In this document: one piece after another, positions 15,192 to 29,535 of the stretch
Layout: every line of letters starts with the position of its first letter
Position numbering within the stretch: the stretch's first letter is position 1
NCBI RefSeq assembly: GCF_009834535.1
Contig: NC_045697.1
Location: 86,120,001-86,184,000, forward strand
Origin: Camelus ferus
Lineage: Eukaryota
Length of the DNA stretch: 64,000 nucleotides
Reading direction: 5' to 3'
Notes under the pieces: generated by a model
The model's input: the letters and a program-made list of their open reading frames with translations, nothing else
Databases searched by the model: none
Told to the model about the DNA's origin: nothing
Made by a program: the position numbers and the translations under genes

Positions 15192-16822
15192 CTAAAAGAA
15201 AATATGCACAATTTTGTCACCTATAAGTATAAACACTGACATCCTTAGAATGTTTACAAAAATTTGAGACATTTACTTCTGCAAAATGGATTTTTATTAA
15301 TTGAGTTAGAACTATGACACTAATAGTAACAAAATTTTGGCATGACTAATCAAATGATTTCTCATTATCTCTAATCTAAAAATTAAAACATCTACTCAGC
15401 CTCATACCAGCAATATTAATAAAGAGTTATAAGAATCAAGGCAGGCTGCAAATACTCAGTTCTAACATACAAATCTGGTTACAGTTACATATAGTACTAA
15501 TCAGAAGAGAACTGACTGTATGGGAGAGGAACTATCAGATTTTATGAGAAGAAACAAAATGTGTGCCATCAGTAAACATGTACCTTTCAGTAAGACATTT
15601 TAGAGAAAGACAAAATGAGGAGGCTGCAGAGTATGAATATTTGGGGGACCAGAAGGATAATCACAAGCCAGTGGTACAGCTGAAGTTCTACCAAGTGTTG
15701 GAGAGGATTTTGCTGAGATTAAACTGTACAGACATTGCTTAGGGTTGATCCAGTTAAGGGGAAAGGCCTTATGCAAATGAAGCAAATAGTAACTGAGGTA
15801 GAACAAATGAGGCTTAGCCAGCCACAGCTTAGGGAGAAAAGCCTGGGAAGGAGCTTGGAAGGGATCTGTGTGATGAACAAAGGAAAAGATTCATTCACCT
15901 AAGAAATGTTTACTGAGTGACTTTATATGTACCTATGATCTGGTTGCTGAATGAACAAAACAGACATAAGCTTCTCTTGAGCATACATTCCAGTGGAATC
16001 AGGAGGGCGCTGACCTGGTTCTAAATATGAGGTATTTTACTGAGGATGTGAGATAGTAGTCATGTCTCTACTTGCATTCCTTCCTGCATGAACATTAGAG
16101 CTTTCTCTCCTGGTGGCTTTGGCGAACTGGCTTGTGGTGAACTTCTTGTGTACCTTTAGTGAACTAGTACTTATGGCATTTTGCTGCCTTAAAAACTTCT
16201 GTAGCCCTCAACTACCACCAAAAAAGATCAGCTCTCACTCCCTCAAGAGGTTGGCAAGGGCTGAAGTAGGGAGAACAGTCATTAAAAGTTTCAGCAACTC
16301 CCATTTCTTCATTGTATGAAGCAATTTTACTAGAGGCTGGGGTCCCTTTGCACAGGACTTGTCAAACTGAACAGGCCATGAAAGCAATCCCTGCATCAAA
16401 GGGAGTCAACATTACTCATCTCCAGTAGGAATACTTATAAGCAAAAGTTATAGATTCAGAAGGGTTCACAGGAGCAGTGAACATCAGAATTAATGAGGAA
16501 CAGAGCCAGCTGTGTTGGTTTCTTTCTAATGTCTAAGAAAAAAAAACTACAACCATCTATAATAAACAAATGAAAAAATTAATTCTTGCTCTAAGAAAAA
16601 GTCAAGATAGAATAAAACATACAAAAAGTGTATTCTAACTCCAAACCATTAATCACCACTTACTGCTCATTTACTCAAACTGATTAATTTTCACTTAAAA
16701 AGGTGATAAACTAATTGTATAATTCCTTCCAGTAAAATATACTGCATCTATAAGTAAGAAAAAAAAAACAATCACACACTTCATGAAATGAAAAAAATAA
16801 AGCAAACAAAAATCCAAAACTA

Positions 16823-16939
<117 letters not shown>

Positions 16940-17645
16940 TTACAGTCGTGCACTATTAAGTGTTGCTAGTGTTAAAAGAAACCCAATATACATGCCCGTT
17001 TGTCCACCAACATCAGCTCACTTAGTCTTGGACTTACTCCTTTTCAAAACACAAAACATAAAAGAAATCAAGCTGGAAGATACTCAAACCACAAAAAAGT
17101 TACTTAAGCATTTTGGATACTATTTTTGTTTTGTCTGAAATACTATATAATACTATGATAAAGAAAATCTTTCACTTCTTAATTTACAGTTTTAGTTTTC
17201 AAGTATAGAGTAAGTCAACATATTCTAGCAAATGAAAAAATAGCTGATGAATAATAATTGCCTTTCAAAAATTATTTTCATGGAAAGAAACTCTCATATA
17301 ACTATTGTGGAAATACAAAAATGACTTACTCAAAAGCAAGCAAGCTTTTGTAAGAAATATACACAGTAATAAAACACAGATTTCAGGAAATACTTCTTTT
17401 TAAACCAAAGGATATCATTTTATTTTCAAAGATACTAGAGATATACTATGCATTCTTAAAAAGCATTATTCAAATATTAACTGTTATATAAATCAATACA
17501 CCCACTTCTACTGTCATTTTTTAACCAATAAAGCTTTTAATGCTGTAGGTAGGAATGACTTACTAATAAACTTTTAAAAATTAATCATCAAAAGCAATTA
17601 TTAAATTTATATTTTTTATTATTAATTCTTTCTTCAAGTACCTTA

Positions 17646-17747
<102 letters not shown>

Positions 17748-20516
17748 CTAAAATAAATTTAAGATCAAGTATGTCATCAATAAAATTGCACAGATATGTT
17801 AAAATAAGCCACAAAACTTATTTTCCTGTCTGCCAAGATTCAACATATATTTTTTGAATATTTATTATGTGCAGACACTGATATTGGAAAGGTAAAAATC
17901 CTGCACAAATGGCAGAAAATTCCAGTGCTTTTTAATTCGGTGAAAGAAGATTGAAAATGATTTGTACATCTGTGTACCACTTGGCTACAGTAGTCAACTA
18001 CTAGTCATTTTTTAAAAAATTACATAGTCTAGTCATTTTTTTAAAAAATTACATAAGCAAAACTCTCAGTACATTTAGTTTATTATCTGAATTCCACAGA
18101 CCACCTCTCATGTGTTTTCTCCAAATAGTTTTTTAGAAGAATAAAGATAATAGCTTATATGGAACGTTTAGGGAATTTGCTACTATGGAGAAAAACCAAC
18201 TTTTTCAGATGGAAATGGAAAAACAAATTCTTCTTTAACAGTTGGAAATTTTATATTGCTCCTTTTTCTCCCTGAACTTTTATTTTCATTCCACTTCCCC
18301 CATATACATTTATCTTAATGTAATGTACTCATATGCTTGAAATTCTTTTACACTTCTCTGCAACCAAGACAAAACAAACTGAATTTTTTTAATCTTCTGT
18401 GACTACAAAGCTCTAAGCATTAGAAATTTCTATCATTATAATTATTAGAATTTCACAATTGATCAAGAGTTTTAGTAAATAATAATTAACCACAAAAACA
18501 AAATTCTATAGGAAATACATCTCATGAGTGGGACTTTTTTCCCTTCCAAATTATTCATGTATCACAAGTGAGTATTCTTATATATTGCGAGTCAGTTCAA
18601 TTCCTATTTTTAATTTTCATAGATGCAAGCACTAATCGACCTTAGTCCCATAAAGATATTGATGAAAATAAAAGAAATTTTGTTGTAGAAAGTTCACTTG
18701 ATTGTTTAAATATCTCCCAAGTCATAACCTAAAATCACCAAATCTACCACCAAAAATGTTTTTAATGATATACCATCTGACATCTGATTATGTCCTCCTC
18801 CTATTTATTGAAAACAAAACACTGGAAACCATCTGACTACAGATGGATGTTTTATCCAATCAACACAGTCACACATATTCTCAGTTTCTGAGTGGTTTAT
18901 CAAGTAACTATTGTAACTTTTACTCTTTTACTCACTTAGAAGTATCTTATTTAGCCTAATGTACTCAGAAAAAGTTACAAAAATTAAAAAACTGCTATTT
19001 TTTTTTGCCAATGCAACATTTTAGTGAAATTCATTTTTCTTATGTACTTTAAGTACCTTTTTGCAGAAGTATTTTGTAAAAGATTTAGCTAATTCAACTT
19101 ATATTTTAAAAAAACAGTCATATAAGCATAAAACAGGAGATCCTAGACAATATAGTACAGATATGGTTCACAGAAGTAATATCACAGAATACCAATTAGG
19201 GGAATTCACCAAAAAAAGGCCTTGGCCATTGCTCAAAATATTGGTGAATGAATATATATTTAAAAGTTTAAGTTAAAATATGATGTTTAAGGTAGGTATA
19301 TATTGTCTTTTTATGATTTGCCCCTTAACTTTTTTAATTAACCAACTGTCAGTCCAGACTGTGTCAGATAAGAGAACTTCTCCTCATTAGGAAAACTATA
19401 AAGAGTGATATAATGAATCAAGATGAGGCAGCATATTTGAAGCCTTAACAAAACCTGAAAGTGGTACCTCTATCATCATACTAACAGAAAAGTGGGAAGA
19501 TAGGAATTCTTAGTGTCTCACCCAGCAGAGGAGGGGACATGCTATGTCATTACTGAGGTTTGGACTAGAAGTCAAAGAGGAGATGTGGGGTCTAAACAGG
19601 AACCTCCTCAGGGGTCGATAAGAAAAAAACAGGAGATTATCAACATAGGATTATTATACACTTTTAAGCCTAAACTATTATTGGCATCATTAGCAAGGTG
19701 ACTTTTTATACCAAGGTAAATTGAACAAATATGAAATAAATCTAGGAAGTAAATTGTATAATGTCTTTAATCCCCATATTATCAATATAACAATATTTTT
19801 ATGCACCAAAACATCTGTATTTACTGATCTGCAGTAAAAGTTGGTACTGGAAGGAACCACTAATTAAGAAATTAGACAAAGAAAGAAAAGTTGATACTGA
19901 GTTGTGGCTTGTTGTTAAACAGCCTCAATATATCACACATTGAAGCAGGATAGGGAAACCCTGGACTGGAGAATACCACTTTACGAAAATGGAAAATTCA
20001 ATATATACAAGAATGCTTCTCCATGTGACTTTGTACCTGGGGATAAACAAGCTTAATTACACTTAAAATATGTGAACTAAAAATTACTCTTATCTAGTAT
20101 TTATTCATTTACAGTGGACCTTGGGTGGCTAGAAGGAAATTGCTCTTTTCCCTTTCCACTTAAGAATATTTTTAATGTTGTCTTACAATATGAAATTTAT
20201 TCCTAAAACCTTATTGCTTTAAAACAACACAGTCTCATTTACGTTACCCCAACATATAAATGTTACTCCTGTAGTCTATTATGTATTATAGAAACTTAGG
20301 CAAAATATTTAATACTTTGGAAATACAATATTTAGAAACCAAATGAAGAAGCGATTTATTATTTAGCCTGAGGGCAACACTCTATTACTCACACATAAGA
20401 GTAGCCTAGAGAAGAGTTTGATAATATCAAAGCAGTAATCCTGTCAAAGCCAAACACAAAATTTTAATACATTTCATCTATTAAAACACAAACTATCATA
20501 GTCATCTCTATAATTA

Positions 20517-20825
<309 letters not shown>

Positions 20826-20829
20826 TCAG

Positions 20830-21950
20830 GGGTCCTCTTTTCCATCCACATTCAGCCATTTCCAAGGCTTTAAATATAAATCTACTACATGGTAATGGCC
20901 CCTAACTTTACATCTTCAGCTCTGGCTTCTCCCCAGAGCTCCAGACTCATATATCCAAGTCCTTCTTCAGCTTCTTTTTTTAAACATCCATTTGCATCTC
21001 AAACTTCCCATGCCCCATACAAAATTCTTTATTCTTTAACCACACCCCATCAGTAAGGCTGCATCTGTAACTATCACTGCCTCAAACAAAATTCTTTATT
21101 TTTCATCACACCCCATCAATTATGCTCCTTCCCCAGTCTCCTCTCAGTATGATACCACCCAGTCGCTCAGGCCAAAAATCTAGACTGCATCTCTGATTCT
21201 TCTCTTTTTCTCACTTTCCATTTCAAACCCATTAGCAAGTTTTATCAGCTCTACCTCCAAAAAAAGAAATCACCTCTTACTTTCTATTTCCAATTATCAT
21301 TAGCCTAGTCCAGGCTATTGGTTTCTCTGGTCTAGACGAGGGTAAATTAAAATAACTGTAATAGTAACTTTCCAACTAAACTCCATGCCTCCAGTTTTGA
21401 CCTGTTTTCCCCCAAATCCACTCTCTATGGAGTGTTTTTGTTTGTTTCTTGATTTTGTAAATTAGGTCATGTCATACCCCACTTACAATTCTCCAATGAT
21501 TTCCCACTGTACTTAGATTAAAATTCAAATCCTTTTCCAAGGTTTACAAGGACCTACATGATTTGGCTTTACTCTACCTCTGATTTCATGGCACAGTAAT
21601 GCCCTGAGACACACTGATCTTCCTACTGCTCCTCAGCTGAATCAAGTTTACTTCTGTCTCAACTCCTCTGCCTTTATTTTTTCCTCTTCCTTGACATTCT
21701 TTTCCCCTAAATCTCCTACACTACTCACTCATTTCCTTATAAAGCAGATCTCAACTCAAAATTTACCTCTTGTAAGACACCTTCCATGATCCCTCAGTCT
21801 ATAAGTAGCCTTCCTTCTTCCACCCATCACTCTCAAACATATTACTCTGTTAAATTTTCTTCAGGTGACTAATTGAAGCTATCCTATTTATTCATTTGTT
21901 TATCCTCTCTCTCCCATAAAAAGTATTTGTTGAAGGAATAAAGGAACACA
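20830..21950 (+). mobile_element. LINE-2 (L2a-like) 3' fragment
   Basis: CCAGAGCTCCAGACTCATATATCCA ... TATTTGTTGAAGGAATAAAGGAA L2 motifs. Confidence 0.75.
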
Positions 21951-22387
21951 TGAATAAATATGCTGTACCTATAAGTAGCCATCTCACCACCTACCAAGTC
22001 AGATATAAATTCCCCTTAGAAAGGTATAAATTCCTTAGAAAACAGGACTACTCCCTGACCCACGGTACTTCTTTGCCTCATACCAAGTACTCCCAAATTC
22101 CAATTAATTAACTCCCTACACCAAACAATGAAAAACAGATTTGAGCATAGACTGATGTTACAGATGGAAATCAGTCTATAAATTACTGTTAGCATTTCTT
22201 ACTTTAAAACATTATACCCAAAGTATGGTAGGCCTGTTAAATAAACAAATAGTAAATAAACCTGAGGTGGCTCTGTAAGTTGCTAAATCTGCTATAAATA
22301 TTAATAAATAAAACAAAATGAAAACTATAATTTAGGATACTTTATTTAATAATCACTGAAATTTCAGAATCTACATGAAGAACATAC

Positions 22388-22504
22388 CTCCCCTCTTCTT
22401 CTCATTTCGAATTTCCCACTTGTGTAATGGTCTAGAAGCAGTGATTTGAATAAGCCCAAGTTTTCCATCTGATGTTCCAAACAAAAGGTCTTCTCCAGAG
22501 TCAC
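22388..22504 (-). CDS. BBS7: BBS7 exon 7 ([19 protein letters not shown]...EKKRG)
   Basis: 117 nt, TAG/GTATGT borders, phase 1-1. Confidence 0.96.
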
Positions 22505-22914
22505 CTAGTTATAATTAAAATCAATATATAACAGTTATCCCATAACTCATAATATCTCTTTAAAATTAAAACATTTTCATATATATTAACTTTCATGGAA
22601 AAATTTCACTTAAAAATACTAAAAGACAGATTTTAATTAATTGAATTAATTTGGAAGGATGGTCATACATTCAGAGAATTTTATGATCATAAGAGATAAG
22701 ATCTCTCCTCATCAACTAATTTTAAGATGAGGAAACTGAAAATTAAAGTTCAATAACTCATTACTGTTAGTTACTGGCAAGTTAGAAGACAACTATCTCT
22801 TTCTACAATTTCCCGTTTTCACTTAATATATAAATGACTAAAAATCTGAAATATCTAGACTTAAATAATATAACTCTCTTCCTATTAGATTATGAAAAAT
22901 GAAACTCTGATTAC

Positions 22915-22987
22915 CGCCATTTCCATTGTGCAGTGCTAAAACAGTAGGTGGGCCAGGAACTTCAATTTCATACATCACATCGGATCC
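22915..22987 (-). CDS. BBS7: BBS7 exon 6 ([24 protein letters not shown])
   Basis: 73 nt, CAG/GTAATC borders. Confidence 0.96.
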
Positions 22988-23694
22988 CTGAAGAACAAGT
23001 ATTTTAAAACTAAAACAGAATACAAACTTAAAATAATATAGGAACTCATTGATAACATCAATATTTATATAAAGAACCCTAGAATAAAACTACTGAAAAA
23101 AAATTAGGTTATGAATATCAACTTGGATTTGTTAGCAATTTTGCATATGTTAACTCATTTTATAATAATACATGTGTGTATATACACATATATAGATAAA
23201 GTAAAAAGATCAAGGAAAGAAACATTAAAAATATTCTCCACTTTCAATACTTTTTCTTTTAAGTACTTTGTTTACCTGAAAACTTGGTACTGGTAAATCT
23301 CCCTATCAAATGTTTCCGTGAACAAGCTGTTTCTTTAGTCCTCTCTAACTTGAGAGCTTTACTTAGAGCACATTCAAACAGACCCAGAATTAATTCCTAA
23401 GGAAAATTCTGGCCTTGCCTTGGGTATTTCCAAAACCCACTCCAGTAAGAGGCAGAATGACCTGCTATTTGGATAAGTAAACAAGTTAAATTCTTTTATT
23501 TGTCTTTTCTTCCATTTTGCTGCTTATAATCCTTTCATTTAGTGTATGGTATTTGTGAAGCTGTCAAAGAATAAGGCAGAAATCATCAATTCACATGGAA
23601 AAAATATCTATGATAAATCATTCAATGAAAAAATATTCATAAAATTATAATAAATATAGTATATTATTATTGTTTAAAAATGTTAAACATACAA

Positions 23695-23820
23695 GGGGAG
23701 AGTGGCATAGCCAATTGGTAGAATGTGTGCTTAGCATTCACAAGGTCTTTCACAATCCTCAGTACCTCCATTAAAAAAATAAATACTTAAATAAATAAAC
23801 CTAATTACCTCCCCCTCCAA
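23695..23820 (+). mobile_element. Camelid tRNA-derived SINE (Vic-1-like), degenerate
   Basis: GGGGAG...TAGCC..TGGTAGAATGTGTGCTTAGCAT..CAAGGTC..CAATCCTCAGTACCTCC head plus AAATAAATAAACCTAATTACCTCCCCC tail. Confidence 0.8.
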
Positions 23821-24394
23821 ATTCACAGATATTTACATCTAACTATATAAACACAAAAGAATACACACAAAACTGTTTAAAAAAGGTTACCTTTGGGGCA
23901 ACAGATTGCCCACAAAGGTAGATGGGGAGTAGGGGAGAAGCATGCAGGGCAGAGGAAAGACTTACACTTTTTACTTTCCACAAATCCTTAGTGATTTTTT
24001 TTTTTTTTACAATAAGCATATGGATCTCTTCCTATTAAACAAAGCAGAATCCTAGAATGCAGCCAGATCAATCTGTAATTGAATGAGAGCTAGCTCCTAT
24101 TAAAAGTCTTACTCAAACAATTCGTATTTGGGAGCACAAGCTTAGGGGAGAAATCAATCATTCATGCTGCTAGAGTGAAATTTGAACATTACTTTAATTT
24201 CCCATAGAGAAAAAAACACTTCATAGAATCACTGGATTTTTCCTTCTATAAAAGGGCTAATGCCGAGAAATGGCTCTCTGACTATGAAGTTCCAAATAGT
24301 GAGATAGCTTGTTGTGGCACAGAATAACCATCTAGACTTTATTCAATTGCACTGTCATCATCCTAATGATGTTCTGATTGTTCATCAATATTCA

Positions 24395-24661
<267 letters not shown>

Positions 24662-26839
24662 TTAAAAAATAAGCATAGGAAACTCCTGAATTATTTTCAG
24701 AGATAAAAATAAAAGTTTATTTATATACAGTTTACTATCATTCTACCACAAACTCAGAGAACAGTTTGTTTTTCATTTTCACCCACTTAATTTCTAGCCC
24801 TTTAGTATAACACTGATTTTGAAAGCTGAAAATGAGAATCTTAATGCCTCAAGCTTCTAAAAAACTGAGCTCAGGAAAACTGAAAACAAAGACAAGATTA
24901 TAATTTAATTGTCTGTATCTGAAGGCAATCTATCAAAAAGTAACTTTTTTGAATGTGTACTCTGTGCCAAGCACTGTGCTAAGTGATTTACATGTATTAT
25001 CTCAATCCTCAGAACTCTATAAACCAGGGACCATTATTAGCCCTTTTTAAGGGTAATGATAGTGTTAAGTAACATTCTTTCCTAATGGCATACAACTAGT
25101 AGATAGTAGAGCAGAATGCAACTCAGATAGTTTTTTACTCTACAGTTTCTTACTAACACACTAAACAGCCTGAAAAAGGCTATTTGAAGTTAATCTACTT
25201 GAAACTAAATAATAAATATTGGAAAATGATTTCATTAGAATTTTAATTTGAAAAAAGAAGTAAGTTCATTTCAAATTATATTTAACAAAATTTAAATAAT
25301 AGTCATAACTATGTTCTAATTCTTAGAATAAATCAAGTTTTCACTGGGGGACCTGAAATATTTTGACAAAAATTATATACTAGTATATTATCTTTCACTT
25401 CTAGATAACTTTCACCATGTGATCATAAAGAGAAGAATATTATTTGAAGGTTTCACCTATTTCTCCATCTCTAAGGTCTATTTAAATTTTTTGATACAAT
25501 TATTCCTTATCCTATAATGATCCTCACTGATTTTATCTTCTTTAATTATTATTTAAGTGGCTTCACTTTGTGGCTCTGCATATGATTTCAGCAATCCTCT
25601 TAATATCATTTTTATCAACTTGAAATTCTGTATCTTTTTCAAGATTTGAAATCCATATGTATTTTATATGCATTATATTATTCAAAGCACTACTTGGCAA
25701 TCACTATTGCTGACAAGAGTATAGAAACATTAGGCAGGGAAGGATTCATGAGTGGTAATCAGTTTTATAAGCAGTCAGTGTTCTTATTGAATATTTTCAA
25801 GTTATAATCTTGTTTTCCCATGCAACCTTATAAATGTGGAGATTCAGATAATAAATTTTTAAAAATTAAGTGAAGAAACTTTCCTCTCCCACTCAAGTAA
25901 AAACATTTAAGAAACTAGCAAAGAGGCTATTGGCTGGGAAACTCCTTATCTTCCTCACACCTCAGCCCACATTCATTTCTGAATGTAGAGGTATGCCAAT
26001 AATTAATTAGTTTGGTTTTAGTATTTCACAATTATCACTGGCCATGTCTATCTAGAAAAGCATTTCAAAAGAATGACATTCTTGTTAAACTACTGAATTG
26101 CTTCCACTTACCATTAATTCTTATCCAATCTCACCAAAGCAAAATTTTACAGCCCAGATACCAGGATGCATGCTATCTATGCATTATATAAAATTACACA
26201 AGACAGCTATGAATTGCACTGAACTCTGAACTGAATCAGCAGTTTCCAAATTAAGGTCTGGCTACTTATACAACACGGCTGCATAGGATTCAGATGAAGA
26301 ACTTTTTCCTTTTAACCCACTCCTAATACTTCTGATTCTGCAGGTATGAGGTGGGACGAGGAATCTACTGTTTTAAGCTTCCACAGTATTCTCCAAAGTA
26401 GCAGGATTGAAGAACAGTGGATTAGATAAACTTTAAAGCCCCTCCCAGCTCTCCATGATTAAAAAACTAAAATTTTAATTGCAAAATTTCACATATCAGG
26501 GAGCCATTTAGGGAGCTATTTTTCACTTAGAGTCTTACCTGACTCATCTGAAATTATATTTTTTTGATAGTCACTAACTTTTATGGCCAGCCTTTTAACA
26601 AAATGATAGTACCTCAAAACCAGAACTACCAGAGACAGCAAAGCAATGGAAACCTAAATATCTGGAGATTTCTTTCACTTCTTTTACACTCTGATCATGA
26701 ATCATAACTGGACCAACTAGTCAAAACTGAATCTATAAATACTATGAAAGTCTTAAAAAGGAAACAACATATCAACAACGAATTGATTTTTGTATTGATT
26801 CTAGGTCAAATTTAATTTCTGCCTAATAAAGTACCTTTA

Positions 26840-27130
<291 letters not shown>

Positions 27131-27359
27131 TCATTGGGGAAAAAATTAGGTACATAAATTTATTGCAAGCATTTTCCTTTACTATAAAAAATTCTGTGAT
27201 TTTAAACCTACAAAATATTATAGTTCTACAATAAGGAACACCTTTAAGTGCAAATGTATTTACTTTAGAGGTCCTCTGGGGTTTTTTTGCTAAACATCTT
27301 CAAACTTTGTAATGTTTATTCCCACACATATTTCAATGACATCATTAAAATCTAAACTC

Positions 27360-27500
27360 TTGCAATTCAAAAGTATGGCCCACTCAGTAGCAGCATTAAT
27401 ATCACTCACCTTATCAGAAATGCAGGCTTTCAGGCCCAACCTCAGATCTACTGAATAAGAATCTGCATTTTAACAAGATTCCCCAGCTGGTTCCAATGGA
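27360..27500 (+). mobile_element. MER5A-like hAT element
   Basis: AGAAATGCAG...CAGGCCCAACCTCAGATCTACTGAATAAGAATCTGCATTTTAACAAGATTCCCCAG. Confidence 0.75.
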
Positions 27501-27884
27501 CTTGTTTTTACACTTCAGTCATCTTTTTAAAACTCATCTCTCCTGGTTGCCTTACAATGTTATAAATTTTGATAGTACAAATGAAGGACTACAGAATTTC
27601 CTGAAAACCTGAGTGTATAACTTAATACCTCTCTATTTAATTGGAAATAACATTTGCATTATTTATTTCTTCCTGGTTGTTTTCTATTTTATTATTGACA
27701 TCAGTTTCTTCCCTTCCCCCCCACCCCCATTGACTTCATCTACAGAGAATAAAATATCTGGAAAAATATACAAATAATGAAAACACTCAGTTTCTGATAG
27801 TTTTTACCCTCTTCATCTTTTTACAAATTCCATATAATGCATAATGAATATAAGAATTCACATTTCAGACCAATCACTTGTAAA

Positions 27885-28364
27885 TTATGATCTGTGAATA
27901 TGATGATGTAATAACCACTTCCTTGATTAGGCTCCATTAAGTGGCAACGTGATGTGACAGTCACTTCCATGTTACATTATATTACATAAGACTCCATCTT
28001 AGCAGACTGGACAGATTTTCCTGTTGACTTAAAGTAAGTCACCTCGTTGTAAGTGTGCCTGTGAGAAGACCACATGACAAGGAACTGTGGGGGCCTCAAA
28101 GTGCCGAAAGCAGTCCCTAGCTTACAGACAGCAATAAAATGGGGACCTCAGTATAACAACAATAAAGAACTGAATTCTTCCAACAACCCTGTGGGCTTAG
28201 AACAGGACACTGAGCTCCAGAAAGGAGTAGAGCCTGCTGACATCTACACTGCAGCCACATGAGGCCTCCAGTCTAGACTCCTGCCCCTGTGAGATAATAA
28301 ATGTATGTCCTTTTAAGCCTCTAAGTTTGAGGCAATTTGTTACACAGCATAGAAAATGAATACA
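27885..28364 (+). mobile_element. MaLR LTR (MLT1E/F-like)
   Basis: TGAGATAATAAATGTATG..TTTTAAGCC.CTAAGTTTG.GGCAATTTGTTACACAGCATAGAAAATGAATACA 3' end. Confidence 0.75.
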
Positions 28365-28517
28365 TTGCGGTAGGCTGTCACAGGTGTTTTGCAAATGGCT
28401 AACAAATGACTCTTATGCGGCCTGCAGCCTCATACTTCATATAACCACTTCCCTCATAACCCATTTTATATTATGCCTTAGAAAAATTTTACAGGAGCGT
28501 TCAAAAGCTACACATAC

Positions 28518-28580
28518 CACTGCTTCTCCCTTCTTCATGCCAAAGCACATAATTACTCCATCATGATCTCCAACAACCAC
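28518..28580 (-). CDS. BBS7: BBS7 exon 3 ([21 protein letters not shown])
   Basis: 63 nt, CAG acceptor, GTATGT donor; hand-translated (not in the ORF track). Confidence 0.96.
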
Positions 28581-29182
28581 CTGTAAAAGAGTTAATAAAA
28601 TCTAAAATTACAATTATTATGCCCTGATAACTTATATGGGGAAAGCAACATTTGCAATATGTAAATTATGATTTTAAAAGTAGAGATCAGAAAATCTAGT
28701 AAAGATATCCCCACAAAAAAATAATCCTCCAAAGAATTATAAGAAAGGGTCAAAAAGGCGGCTATGAAAAGCTGTTATGGAAGTAGCTGGCCTTCCGTTC
28801 TGTTCCTCCAGGTTAAACAGAGCAAAAGAATCGGGACAGAAATGGAAAGGAGGTCATTTTTTTCCCCTTTAACTGGAGCATAAGAACGTTTTAAGATTAA
28901 CTTTCAAAACAGATTATCAAAGTAATGTTGTGACTGACCTACTTGATATTTTAAAAACCTTTTTATGGAAAAATTTTAACATATGCAAAAGTAGACAGAA
29001 TATTATAATGAATTACCATGTATCCATCACCTATCACTCAGCTTCAATAATTATCAACATGCGGCCAATGAATTATTTTGAATTAAATACAGAGGGAGAT
29101 TTTGACACCTCTCTCTCAGAAATTGATAATCAAGCAAACAAAAGATAAGGATATAGATTAGAAAAACGATTACCTTTGATCT

Positions 29183-29218
<36 letters not shown>

Positions 29219-29312
29219 TATATACATTGTGTGTATACTATGTATACAGTATGTATATGTATCTAATACACATATACACACACACACACATATGTAAATA
29301 TGTATATATGTG
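29183..29312. repeat. Compound (TA)n(CA)n microsatellite
   Basis: Direct reading. Confidence 0.9.
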
Positions 29313-29535
29313 TGGGGGATTACAAATCCCTTCATGTATTTGATGAAAGCTGGGACTTTCTTCCCAGAACAATGAACATTAGTAAATAATTATGCACATA
29401 TTTTCAGAAGATTTACAGACCTTTAGTATTGCCAGAATTTTTTTTTCAGATGAAAAATACATAGGAATAGTTAAAGTTTTGAAATTTTTGATAATACACT
29501 TCTCCAATAATTTGTAAATAAACAGTAATCTATTA

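Noticed and set aside
21019..21120. Imperfect ~35-bp direct repeat with a spacer, superficially CRISPR-like
   Set aside because: Only two diverged copies inside an L2 in a mammalian intron; a local duplication.
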